Origin: Bacteroidota bacterium
GTDB lineage: Bacteria > Bacteroidota > Bacteroidia > UKL13-3
Assembly: GCA_947485745.1 (NCBI GenBank)
Contig: CANKQY010000001.1
Location: forward strand, 742-64,741
Direction: 5' to 3'
DNA: 64,000 nucleotides
Position numbers and translations under genes: made by a program. Below, in pieces: positions 11,301 to 19,894 of the stretch (position 1 is its first letter; each line of letters begins with the position of its first letter). The notes below the pieces were generated by a model, which saw only the letters and a program-made list of their open reading frames with translations, ran no database searches and was not told the origin of the DNA.

Positions 11301-14300
11301 GCCATGTATTACCCCCTGGAGTAACTGTTGTACCTGTCATTGGAGAGGTACCAGACCAATCCACAAATCCATCTAATTGGCAAGGCTGACCATCAATTCT
11401 ATCTGCTAAAGAATCATAATTTAATAAAATAAAAGTTCTCTTTACGCAATCAGGGTAAGTACCAGGATTTCCCGCGCTGTTATCAAAAACAAATCTTGGA
11501 TCACCTCCACTATTACCGCTTTTTAAATCTGGGCATTCTTTACCATCTTTACCCAAACCATAAGCATCTACACCAACCAATGGTAATTGAATGGTAGCTT
11601 CTGTTCCGCAATCCATAAAATCAACAAAGAATTCATCATCGCGTTTTAAAATGTATGAACCAGTGCCATCGGTTAATATTGGGTATGGTTTGTAGTTATA
11701 AATTAATCCTTCATAAACAGAAGTAATTAATAAAGTTGCATTACTAGCACCACCAACTAAGGTTACAGTTTGTCCAGATAAATAACCAATTCCAGGTGAA
11801 AGGATTAATACTGTATTTACTGCACCAGCGGCAACACCTACTCTTACTTTTAAACCAACTCCAGAACCACCAGTAACTAAATAATCACCTGCAGCATACC
11901 CTGTACCACCACTAGCTACTTTAACTTCCCCAACTAAATTATCTATTGATTTAGGCGTAGTAGTTCTGCTGAATGTATCGCTTACCAATGTTAATGGGAA
12001 ACCTGGGGTGGTATCTGTTCTTTGCACAATGATAATTTTACCACCATTCATATTAATTCTAGAGAATGATTTATATGGATCAGCAGACTGGTTATTGAAG
12101 CTATCTTTTTCAAACAATTTCACAGTATAACATGCGGCAACCGACCTATCAAAGAAATATTCGTATAAGGTTTTGATTCCACCAGGCAATAAATCATCAC
12201 CTTTATAAAATCTTCTATTGGTACCATCAGGCAATCTATCGTTCATCGCTGGAACTAGCAGCCCAGCTCTTGTAATCCTTGTACCTGCAGGAATGGTATA
12301 TTGCCAATATCCTTTGGCATTTGCAAATGGATCTGGAATGGCACCAGCTAAGGTTATAGGTCTGTTAGGATTAATATCTGCTGGCCAAATTCTACCTAAA
12401 GTATCAATTCTAGAAGGCGTGGTTCCGGCAGAATACATTGGTTGACCCCATTTAGCCGTATCTAGTGGATGAACCAAACGAGTTGGTGCTCCAGGCAATC
12501 CAGTTATTTTTGAGGCATCTTTTGCCCAAACAGTTGAATCGTATGGCGGAAAATCATGTCCATAATAAAACCACCTGTAAATATTACTCCATTTTTCAAA
12601 TTGGTGAATAGGCAGAGTATCATGTGAAAAATTACAATTTACTCTACCAGGGTAAATCCTACCACCAGCTATAAACCTACCAAGTGTTCTATTAAACATA
12701 TCGTTGGCATTGGTATATGGCTCCAAACCTTGCCTAGCGGCACTTGGGTTTGGTATAGAATAAGAAGTACATTGAGGTGCATAATTATCTGCAAAATCCC
12801 ACCTGATGTATAAATTATTTGATTGATAAGCCAAGCTTGTATTCACAAATTCAACAGGTAAATCTGGTCCACATTGTGTAGCTAAAAAAGGTTTAATTTT
12901 TACAGGGGTAATTGGGTCTTCAATTCTAACCAAAGGCCCCATAATATTAACACCAAAACCTCTTAATTGCGATTCTCTCTTTTTAATTGGCGCCTGTGCA
13001 GTATTATCTGTAAACCATTTCCAATAACTAACTATACTGTCTCTTGGTAAGCCATTAGACCCCATAATCCACCTGTATTTTGAAATAGAATCCGTAGCTT
13101 GGAAAAAATAACCATTGATTGTATTTAGGTTCGGATTCAATATCGGCGGTGGCACATACTGGCTATCACTTAATTGTGCGGTATCTATCCTCGACCAAAA
13201 ATTTAGTCGTTTTATAGGTTGCCCCGGGCAAGCTATTAATAAGGTTGGGAAATAATGGCCAAATCCTTGGTAGCGGTAACAAGGTGTGACTTCATTTAAC
13301 TTCTTATCTGAACCCGGTGGATTGGCATTTGGATCAGCAAAATCCCATAAAAGTTGAATTTGCGAATTTACGCCTTGCAAGGGATACATGTTATATAAAC
13401 AAACACTGGCAAGATTTCTATTTTGCAAACAAACACTATCTGCTATGGTGTCATTATTATTAGTTCTGCGGCTACGAATATCAAATTTCAATACAATGTT
13501 TTCTGGCAGCTGATTACCACTCATAACGTATTCAAAAGTATCAGCACAATTGTATTGTTTGTGGCGAACAATTAAACGAGGATTGAACACACCATTTTTG
13601 ATATACTTATAGGTAAAAATACTCCAACGAGGCAAATCTGCAACAGCTATTGGCGATTGAGATTGGTAAACACTGTCATCATCATATTCCCACCTAAACC
13701 ACAATAAATTTGAGGTTGAAACTGGTGTATTGTTCACAAAAATATAAGGTGTGGTATCACACCTTGGCGTACCACTCACTGTAAAACGTGGATTGATATT
13801 GGGAGCAACAAAAATAAATTTGAACTCTTTTGTTTCGCAACCACCAATATCTGTTGTGGTTAAACCAACATTGAATCTGCGATTTCCTTGCGTAAACCTG
13901 TGGCAGATATTTCCACCTGCCAAAATTGAATTACTATCTCCATCACCCCAAGTATAAATTACTTTTCCAATAGGCAAACTAGGCGCTGCTCCTGCAGTTG
14001 TATTGTCTTTAAAACAATAATAATTGTATTTAAAACATTGCGAATCCTGGCTTATTAAACTAAAATTAGCCACTGGTCTATTGTAAACCGTATCCCAAAC
14101 ATTTGTTTCTAAGGGAGAACGATTAGTAAACCTGGCAGTAACTTTAACATTGTAAATACCAGCCGCTGGGTACTGATAGGTTCTGGTATTAGATACCGGG
14201 CTACCGATATTATTGATACTTGAATCTCCATTTCCCCAATCAAATCTGTATGAGGTTACATCATTAACACTCACACCCGTAAGAAAGATGTCAACTTGGA

Positions 14301-14424
14301 TAGGACTCCCTAAACAAATTACACGTGGCAACACGTTCATGCTAATTGACTGTGAAAAGGCCGAGTTAGCTATGAGCCAACATACTGCCGATAAAGCTAG
14401 TCTAGTAATTAATCGTTTCATCAT
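8311..14424 (-). CDS. Giant secreted adhesin-like protein (2037 aa) with PKD-like repeats and a T9SS type-B (gliding-motility-associated, CHU_C-type) C-terminal domain
   Basis: N-terminal signal peptide. The C-terminus PNVFTPNGDGYNDVF…IWNRWGGKVFES…WNGK…GTYYFVFKYQ…RGTITLLRE matches the type-B CTD pattern. Confidence 0.85.
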   Translation of the reverse strand: MMKRLITRLALSAVCWLIANSAFSQSISMNVLPRVICLGSPIQVDIFLTGVSVNDVTSYRFDWGNGDSSINNIGSPVSNTRTYQYPAAGIYNVKVTARFTNRSPLETNVWDTVYNRPVANFSLISQDSQCFKYNYYCFKDNTTAGAAPSLPIGKVIYTWGDGDSNSILAGGNICHRFTQGNRRFNVGLTTTDIGGCETKEFKFIFVAPNINPRFTVSGTPRCDTTPYIFVNNTPVSTSNLLWFRWEYDDDSVYQSQSPIAVADLPRWSIFTYKYIKNGVFNPRLIVRHKQYNCADTFEYVMSGNQLPENIVLKFDIRSRRTNNNDTIADSVCLQNRNLASVCLYNMYPLQGVNSQIQLLWDFADPNANPPGSDKKLNEVTPCYRYQGFGHYFPTLLIACPGQPIKRLNFWSRIDTAQLSDSQYVPPPILNPNLNTINGYFFQATDSISKYRWIMGSNGLPRDSIVSYWKWFTDNTAQAPIKKRESQLRGFGVNIMGPLVRIEDPITPVKIKPFLATQCGPDLPVEFVNTSLAYQSNNLYIRWDFADNYAPQCTSYSIPNPSAARQGLEPYTNANDMFNRTLGRFIAGGRIYPGRVNCNFSHDTLPIHQFEKWSNIYRWFYYGHDFPPYDSTVWAKDASKITGLPGAPTRLVHPLDTAKWGQPMYSAGTTPSRIDTLGRIWPADINPNRPITLAGAIPDPFANAKGYWQYTIPAGTRITRAGLLVPAMNDRLPDGTNRRFYKGDDLLPGGIKTLYEYFFDRSVAACYTVKLFEKDSFNNQSADPYKSFSRINMNGGKIIIVQRTDTTPGFPLTLVSDTFSRTTTPKSIDNLVGEVKVASGGTGYAAGDYLVTGGSGVGLKVRVGVAAGAVNTVLILSPGIGYLSGQTVTLVGGASNATLLITSVYEGLIYNYKPYPILTDGTGSYILKRDDEFFVDFMDCGTEATIQLPLVGVDAYGLGKDGKECPDLKSGNSGGDPRFVFDNSAGNPGTYPDCVKRTFILLNYDSLADRIDGQPCQLDGFVDWSGTSPMTGTTVTPGGNTWPGFFNLVNFPPFPGGPWTDPNGAVNWTHYKPNGAWPYTNSPKDKRGYVTVGLILGTGCLNISTCGTPASQPACFTDTVWYHNFFHFISLDAKFTYRKVGGYSAYGNPSMLPSQDYGWDTTRNFIQTNPAGTPPLLFTPNGGYREPWSRLFGKGDIIEFDANTKQQDFILADVWDWADGTLTVDSFYTNAEDTFVKLDPINFPNDSAFFEKNTYPRNRVRYQFSAETAPWTILSQTIPYPVGVRVFKSVRFDTIWQCTDPTHQYPPQAIKQVNTLIDTAFFLHPVRHQYFMSSYEMPAAPGSTLKKNEITEVQHNVVTVTECTNAASRQIVIGVMDTFYMKEGNNLSDGVLCIGQTVNFVDSIRYWYPKSGGQYNPSRPLSPGEEPLLRFLDLHGAGMINYPIDSIKTFPNVTKYYSTIANSCATGWQFIQQGTAPNIYNFCVKVDTNFYERIYWDFQSDGIIDATGKNPSYKFDKPGKFKISMITRDTVGYFDTCFMYQDVVEPKAKFLSKGIFACSDPTIFFDSSYVIDNCFATTGYPCDQIKERRWWFGDNGYGKDNYFSTLLNPYYPYRKNGWYNVMMVIETNQGCFDTTRQDVYISGPRPRIKLLSDTLGCVPYKVRVVSFPNDSGTLSATASTLIRSGRSDGVYNAIVTNNPDTIDIIYDTEGIYYITAAGYDKNPPVLATCPPIIIPDTINGLEKAIKIYVKNPYHVEMETDKDKVCVGEVFKVSNLSDMDTITKFRMYAFNENFTAIADTAFKTNFDQDSAFKYVFYQSGKYNLVMHSTRFIPNTPKCESKDTVQVTALKTKADLDATLIELPKYAVLNKSDSANASSYYWAIYRPDGSEYLPKLYVPSNNDPYFHLGVVDFKNDTGDFWICIWALTEGVDNCYDSVCKKVNNNFQTEIDIPNVFTPNGDGYNDVFNIKIKGNEVYDLKIWNRWGGKVFESTDAKVMWNGKTNNTGEDNPEGTYYFVFKYQLRGKEEVTVRGTITLLRE

Positions 14425-14496
14425 ATATATATTTTTACTTTTTTGTCTTCTTTATTTGTTTGCCAAACTACAATTTTATTTTCAAATTTCTAGTCC

Positions 14497-15372
14497 CTAC
14501 CTAAACAGATTAATAAATCCACGTTTAGTTTGTCGCTCTGTTTCATCATTTAACTGATAGTCAATTACATAAATAAATCTCCCACTTGCACAATCCACGC
14601 CTGTCTTCCAATTGGTGCCATTCCAAGTATTGTTTAATTGATTGCTTTCAAAAACCACCTCACCATTTGCATCCACAATAGAAACATGATAATAAGATGC
14701 ATGATCTATTTGCACCTTCCAGGTATCATTTAAACCATCACCATCAGGACTAAATGCGTTGGAGATTATTGGTTCAAACGCATTGGTCTTGATGTCGTTA
14801 TTTTCCTTGCCTTGAAAATTTCTATTACTGTAGGCTCCTTTTGGTTCATTCTCTTTTTCCTTGGTTTCACTATCCTTGGCGGTAGCTTTTACAGGGGGTT
14901 CGGTTTGATCCAAAGCCTTATCGATGCTAGGGATTTGCGCTGGTTGGCTAAGCTCAGAATTTATTTGATTGCTAATTGCTTCAATTTGCACTTTGCTTTC
15001 CAAAAATTGCTTTTTTGTGCTAATTTTTGCTTCACCTTTAATAACAGTTTCTGGAGCCAATATAGTTTCTTGCTTCAACTCTCCTTTTTCAATAGTATTT
15101 TCTTGTGGAGGCAAATTCGTTTTTTCAACTTCCTTTTGGTTCAAACCGAAATATAAACCAAGCGAAACAAACGACACACCAACAACTACAGCAATTTTAC
15201 CACCCAAGCTAATTTGCTTAATGGTATTCATTAATTGATTGCCCTGCCCACTTGGTGCTGGCGAAACTTGAATTTGCTTTTCTATAAAGCTCCAAGCATC
15301 GGCAGGTGGAATTGGCTCAAAATTGGCCATCCCTTCTTTGATGAGTTGATCTATGTTTAAATTATTTTTCAA
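14497..15372 (-). CDS. Anti-sigma-factor-like single-pass membrane protein whose extracytoplasmic C-terminus is a T9SS type-B CTD
   Basis: It has no signal peptide. An approximately 60-aa cytoplasmic N-terminus (…NFEPIPPADAWSFIEKQI…) is followed by one TM helix (IAVVVGVSFVSLGLYFGL), a charged low-complexity linker and a C-terminus NAFSPDGDGLNDTW…VFES…WNG…GRFIYVIDYQ…RGFINLFR. That C-terminus is homologous to the CTDs of the neighbouring 2037- and 936-aa proteins. Its start overlaps the sigma-gene stop by 4 bp (ATGA). Confidence 0.7.
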   Translation of the reverse strand: MKNNLNIDQLIKEGMANFEPIPPADAWSFIEKQIQVSPAPSGQGNQLMNTIKQISLGGKIAVVVGVSFVSLGLYFGLNQKEVEKTNLPPQENTIEKGELKQETILAPETVIKGEAKISTKKQFLESKVQIEAISNQINSELSQPAQIPSIDKALDQTEPPVKATAKDSETKEKENEPKGAYSNRNFQGKENNDIKTNAFEPIISNAFSPDGDGLNDTWKVQIDHASYYHVSIVDANGEVVFESNQLNNTWNGTNWKTGVDCASGRFIYVIDYQLNDETERQTKRGFINLFR

Positions 15373-15920
15373 AATCTACTTTTTTCTTTGTTCAATTGAT
15401 TCCAATGCTGGATAAATAAAGCCCTGGCCCTAGAGAGTTGACTTTTAGAAGTGCCCTCACTAATTCCAAGCATTGATGCAATTTCGGCATGATTAAAACC
15501 TTCAATAATATAAAGGTTCAAAACAGTTCTATACCCTGTTGCCATATTGCCTAAAACTGCTAGAATTTCTTTTTGTGTAATCTTCCCCAAAGCCTCAGGT
15601 GCTTGTCCAATTCCATGAGCATCCTCTAAATCACTTTGTTGTTGATACACCTTATTTACTCTATAATGCTCTAAGGCAGTATTTATAAAAATGCGCTTCA
15701 TCCATCCTTCCAAAGAACCTTTTCCAGTATATTGCTCTAGCTTGGTAAAAACCTTTACAAAACCATCTTGGAGTATGTCTTTTGCATCCTCCTTGGTATT
15801 GCCATATCTTAAACAAACCGCATACATACTGCTGCTAAAGTGCTGGTAAAATGCCTTCTGAGCTTTTACCTCTCTTTTTAAACATCCTTGTATTATATTA
15901 TCCTCAAGTTGCTTGCTCAC
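15369..15920 (-). CDS. RNA polymerase ECF-type sigma-70 factor
   Basis: Sigma-70 region 2 (DAKDILQDGFVKVF…) and a region 4 helix-turn-helix (…IEGFNHAEIASMLGISEGTSKSQLSRAR) are present in a 183-aa product. Confidence 0.9.
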   Translation of the reverse strand: MSKQLEDNIIQGCLKREVKAQKAFYQHFSSSMYAVCLRYGNTKEDAKDILQDGFVKVFTKLEQYTGKGSLEGWMKRIFINTALEHYRVNKVYQQQSDLEDAHGIGQAPEALGKITQKEILAVLGNMATGYRTVLNLYIIEGFNHAEIASMLGISEGTSKSQLSRARALFIQHWNQLNKEKSRF

Positions 15921-16052
15921 TTTTTCAGTCTTATTTAAGCAGATGAATTAAATTGTTTGAAGGTTGCAATGCTCCGATTTTTTTTCTTAATTATTCGTTA
16001 ATCCTTTGCCTTATAACAAATTTCCAAAATAAGTGGTAATTTAGTCGAACAA

Positions 16053-18863
16053 ATGCGTTGGCTAAGATACTCCATATTTCAATTATGTTTATTGCTTGTT
16101 GCAGGCAATATTTTAGCACAATTGCCTGAACCGAGCCAACAAGCCACCGATTTTTTTGAATGGCGCGAAAATAAAGGTCAGTGGGACCCAAACATTTATT
16201 TTCGTTGCAAACAGCATACACTTGATTTACAATTAGGGTCCGATTTTTTTTCTTATTATTTTTTTGATGAGGCGCAATTAGATAGACTGCACTCGCACGG
16301 ACCAGTAAAATCAAACCCTGCGGCAGGTGATACCCTTCTTAACATGTATGCCTTAACTTTTAAATTTATAGGCGCACAGCAATCTAAACCAATTCTTACC
16401 TCACCTAAAACACATTATTATAATTACTACATTGGCAATAATCCTACACATTATGCCAACAAGGTAAGAGCATCCAATCATGTGGGCTTAGCAAGTATTT
16501 ACAAGGGCATCAATGTGTTGGTTCACTCCAATAAAAACCAATTAAAAATGGAGTATTGGCTCGAACCAAACGCTCAATTAAGTGATATAAAAATTGAAGT
16601 AAATGGGGCAAGCAATGTTTATTTAGAATACGGCGATTTATATATACAAACACCAAAAGGCTTAATAAAGGAGCAGAAACCCTATTCATACCAAATTATT
16701 GGCGACAAAAAAATTGACGTATCTATACACTATTTGGTAAATGGCAATGAGATAAGTTTTGTAGCAGACGAGAGTTATAACCCAAGTTACCCTTTGGTTA
16801 TAGACCCTGAAATTGTTTTCTTAACCTACTCTGGCTCCACCGAAGATAACTTTGGCTGCTCTGCTACTCCGGGTGAAAATGGCACTTTATACGCAGCAGG
16901 CATCACCACTGGCGATCCCACTTCATTGGGCAAATACCCGGTTACGGCAAATGCCTTCCAACTGGCTTATGCTGGTGGTGGCAATGCAGAAGGTGAGTTA
17001 TTGGGTAGATTTCCATGTGATATTACCTTCAGTAAATATAGCTCAGATGGCAAAACATTGTTATATGCCACATACTTGGGAGGGTCAAACAACGAGGTAC
17101 CTCATTCATTAGTTGTAGATGATAGCGCCAATTTGATCATTATGGGAAATACCTATTCCAATAATTATCCTGTTTCCAAAAACGCCTATGATACCAGTCA
17201 TAACGGCCGACACGACATCATTCTAACCAAGTTTGATAAAGATGGTAAATTAGTAGGTTCAACCTATTTGGGTGGAGTCGGAAACGATGGCATTAACACC
17301 AATAACACTACTCAATATTTTTTTGCAGATAGCTACCGAGGCGATGTAATTGCTGATTCTATGGGAAATATTTATGTGGCTTCCTTTTCTCAATCAAGCA
17401 ATTTCCCCACAACTCCGCTTTGCCTTCAAAACACCCTCAAGGGATTTCAAGATGGCGTAGTGTTTAAAATGAGTCCCGATTTAAAAAAACTCACTTGGAG
17501 CACCTATTTAGGAGGGAATAACATTGACGCCTTTTACAGCCTCGACCTAGAGCCCAATGGCAGCATGTGGCTTTCTGGCGGCACCAACAGCACCGACATT
17601 CCTGGCACAATTGGTACGCTTAACCCCGGTAATTTAGGAGGAAAAGCTGATGGTATCATTGTTTTGCTGGATGCAGCAGGCAGGAATATTCTAAAATCAA
17701 CCTATTATGGCACCAGTAATTACGATCAAATAATTTCATTAGAAATTGACCAAGATGATAATATTTACATTGTAGGACAGAGCTTAGGTAAAATACCTGT
17801 AACCAATGGCGTTTATAACAACCCAAATTCTCATCAATTTATTGCTTGTTTGAGCCCAGATTTAAAAACCAATTTGTGGTCAACCGTTTTTGGTTCAGGC
17901 CGACCCCAAATTGACCTCACCATTAATGCATTTTTAGTAGATGAATGCAAAAGAATATATGTGAGCAGTTGGGGTGGGGCAACCGCAACAAAAACAGATG
18001 GCTCTTTATCTTCTACAGATGGAATTCCTGTTACCGCTGATGCGTTTCAAAACGTTACTGATGGGAGTGATTTCTATTTACTCATGCTCAATAAAAACGC
18101 CTCTGGCTTGCTTTATGCTACTTTTATTGGTGGCGACAATCCAAATAACTCAGGCGACCATGTGGATGGCGGTACCAGTAGGTTCGACAAAAAAGGGGTT
18201 GTTTACCAGAGTATGTGCGCCAGCTGTCCAAATAACAATATTCCATTTACTGATCTGCAAACAACACCAGGAGTTTATGCACCAATAAATTTGAGTCCGC
18301 GTTGCAGCAATGCTGCCCTCAAATTTGATTTTAGAATTCAAAATGCTAATTTTAATTGGGAGGCAGATACCTGCGCTTCAATTTTCAAATTCAAAAATTT
18401 GACACCAAATGCCTCTAATTTCTTTTGGACCTTCCCCAACGGTGATACTAGCTTTGAGGAGAGTCCTACCAAACAAATTGCCAGTATCTATTATGGCGAC
18501 ACCATTAGACTTATTGTGGAATTTGGCACCAATTGCGCTGATACTGCTTACGGCTTTGTGAGTTTACCAGATTCGCTCGATAAGTTAAATGTTCCTAATG
18601 TATTTACGCCAAATGGCGATGGCAAAAACGATGATTTTAGAATTGAAGGAGTAAGTGGCCAATGCAATGAAACCGAGGTCTATATTTACAACCGCTGGGG
18701 TCAACTCTATTTTAAAGACGATGTGAGCTATTTTAGCTGGGACGGCAAAGATGATAAGGGCATAGAAGCGCCCGAAGGCGTTTATTTCTTTATCCTAAAA
18801 ACCAAAAAACTCAATACCGGCCAACAAGAAGAGTTACACGGAACCATTACGCTGATTAGATGA
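16053..18863 (+). CDS. SBBP beta-propeller-repeat protein with T9SS type-B CTD (936 aa)
   Basis: Signal peptide MRWLRYSIFQLCLLLVAGNILAQ. Repeated ST/YLGG…D…GN.Y..G.T.S.NFP motifs. C-terminus NVFTPNGDGKNDDF…IYNRWGQLYF…WDGK…GVYFFILK…HGTITLIR. Confidence 0.85.
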   Translation: MRWLRYSIFQLCLLLVAGNILAQLPEPSQQATDFFEWRENKGQWDPNIYFRCKQHTLDLQLGSDFFSYYFFDEAQLDRLHSHGPVKSNPAAGDTLLNMYALTFKFIGAQQSKPILTSPKTHYYNYYIGNNPTHYANKVRASNHVGLASIYKGINVLVHSNKNQLKMEYWLEPNAQLSDIKIEVNGASNVYLEYGDLYIQTPKGLIKEQKPYSYQIIGDKKIDVSIHYLVNGNEISFVADESYNPSYPLVIDPEIVFLTYSGSTEDNFGCSATPGENGTLYAAGITTGDPTSLGKYPVTANAFQLAYAGGGNAEGELLGRFPCDITFSKYSSDGKTLLYATYLGGSNNEVPHSLVVDDSANLIIMGNTYSNNYPVSKNAYDTSHNGRHDIILTKFDKDGKLVGSTYLGGVGNDGINTNNTTQYFFADSYRGDVIADSMGNIYVASFSQSSNFPTTPLCLQNTLKGFQDGVVFKMSPDLKKLTWSTYLGGNNIDAFYSLDLEPNGSMWLSGGTNSTDIPGTIGTLNPGNLGGKADGIIVLLDAAGRNILKSTYYGTSNYDQIISLEIDQDDNIYIVGQSLGKIPVTNGVYNNPNSHQFIACLSPDLKTNLWSTVFGSGRPQIDLTINAFLVDECKRIYVSSWGGATATKTDGSLSSTDGIPVTADAFQNVTDGSDFYLLMLNKNASGLLYATFIGGDNPNNSGDHVDGGTSRFDKKGVVYQSMCASCPNNNIPFTDLQTTPGVYAPINLSPRCSNAALKFDFRIQNANFNWEADTCASIFKFKNLTPNASNFFWTFPNGDTSFEESPTKQIASIYYGDTIRLIVEFGTNCADTAYGFVSLPDSLDKLNVPNVFTPNGDGKNDDFRIEGVSGQCNETEVYIYNRWGQLYFKDDVSYFSWDGKDDKGIEAPEGVYFFILKTKKLNTGQQEELHGTITLIR

Positions 18864-19145
18864 TAAAATAGCCCGGCGCGCTTACGCCCGGGAATATTGA
18901 ATGCCCAAAATGATCCAATAGGCCTTCAGACCTTTTCTGCTTTTGTAATATTATCAGCGCTAACAAACCCTGCATTTTATCCAGCAACATTATTATTCAA
19001 GCCTATTAGGATTGCGAATAATCTGCAATTCATCAAAACTTGCAATAAATCCAAACCTGATAATTGCGACCTGCGACATTTTTTGGCATTGTTTTTGGAT
19101 AAGAAAATAATATCATTAACTTTAACTACAATAAATCACAAAATC

Positions 19146-19751
19146 ATGAAAACAAATCTTAGAATCCTGTTACGTTCAGGAGCACTTTTATTGGCATTTG
19201 CAGTTGCTTTTGCTTCTTGTAAATCTAAAAAGAACAAGGTAACTCCAATTGAAAATAGCACTGGCGCAGTTGAAATCAGTGTTCCTTTTAGTGAGGGCAA
19301 ATACTATTCCGATAAAGACAATTTCCGCGCAAAGAGCAGCGGTAGTAGTCCAGATTTACAAACAGCCAAGAAAATTGCTTTGCAAAATGCAAAATCTGAA
19401 ATGGCCGGTTTGATCCAAACTACTATTAAAAAAGTAACCGACCAATATACCCAACAACGCACCGTTGGCAACCAAGTTGATTTCAACAACAAGTTTGAAG
19501 AATTGGCTCGCGAGGTTACTAACCAAGAATTAGTAGATGTGAAAGTTTTGGGCGAAAAATTATTCAAAGAAACCAATAACTCTTATACCTATTGGATATC
19601 CATTGAGGCCAACAAGCAAGCCGTATTAAATGGCATAGAAAAAGGCATTGCCAATAACAAAAAAATTGAGCAAGATTACGACAAGAAAAAGTTTGAAGAA
19701 ATCTTCAATGCCGAAATGGATAAACTAACCAAGGAACGCAACGGCCAATAG
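19146..19751 (+). CDS. LPP20-like lipoprotein (201 aa)
   Basis: ATG at 19146 followed by a lipoprotein signal (…LLAFAVAFASCKSKK). The ORF-track start at 18897 is an upstream extension with no coding signal. Confidence 0.55.
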   Translation: MKTNLRILLRSGALLLAFAVAFASCKSKKNKVTPIENSTGAVEISVPFSEGKYYSDKDNFRAKSSGSSPDLQTAKKIALQNAKSEMAGLIQTTIKKVTDQYTQQRTVGNQVDFNNKFEELAREVTNQELVDVKVLGEKLFKETNNSYTYWISIEANKQAVLNGIEKGIANNKKIEQDYDKKKFEEIFNAEMDKLTKERNGQ

Positions 19752-19764
19752 TTTATTTTTCAAT

Positions 19765-19874
19765 ACAAAGAAACAAAGCAACAATTTTTTTTCCTTTAAG
19801 CCTTGAGCTTAATTTTTAAAAAAATTAAAGAAAAAATATAGACGCTAAATTAATTTGTTGCTTTGTTTCTTTGT
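19765..19874. repeat. 20-bp perfect inverted repeat (ACAAAGAAACAAAGCAACAA / TTGTTGCTTTGTTTCTTTGT) with 70-nt spacer and a nested palindrome TTAATTTTT/AAAAATTAA
   Basis: Arms at 19765-19784 and 19855-19874 were read directly and are exact reverse complements. Arm 2 ends 20 bp before the ATG of the next lipoprotein gene. Confidence 0.7.
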
Positions 19875-19894
19875 GTAAAAACCATCCAAAAAAA

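Noticed and set aside
8368-13957. Several 60-136-aa ORFs (8368-8655, 8977-9387, 10106-10291, 10761-11033, 10807-10998, 12218-12445, 13751-13957) inside the 2037-aa gene
   Set aside because: They are antisense or out-of-frame shadows of a long, well-supported CDS. Their composition is low-complexity.
18897-19145. Upstream extension of the LPP20-like lipoprotein ORF
   Set aside because: It lacks a signal peptide. The internal ATG at 19146 gives a textbook lipoprotein signal. The extension covers a GC-rich hairpin and non-coding sequence.
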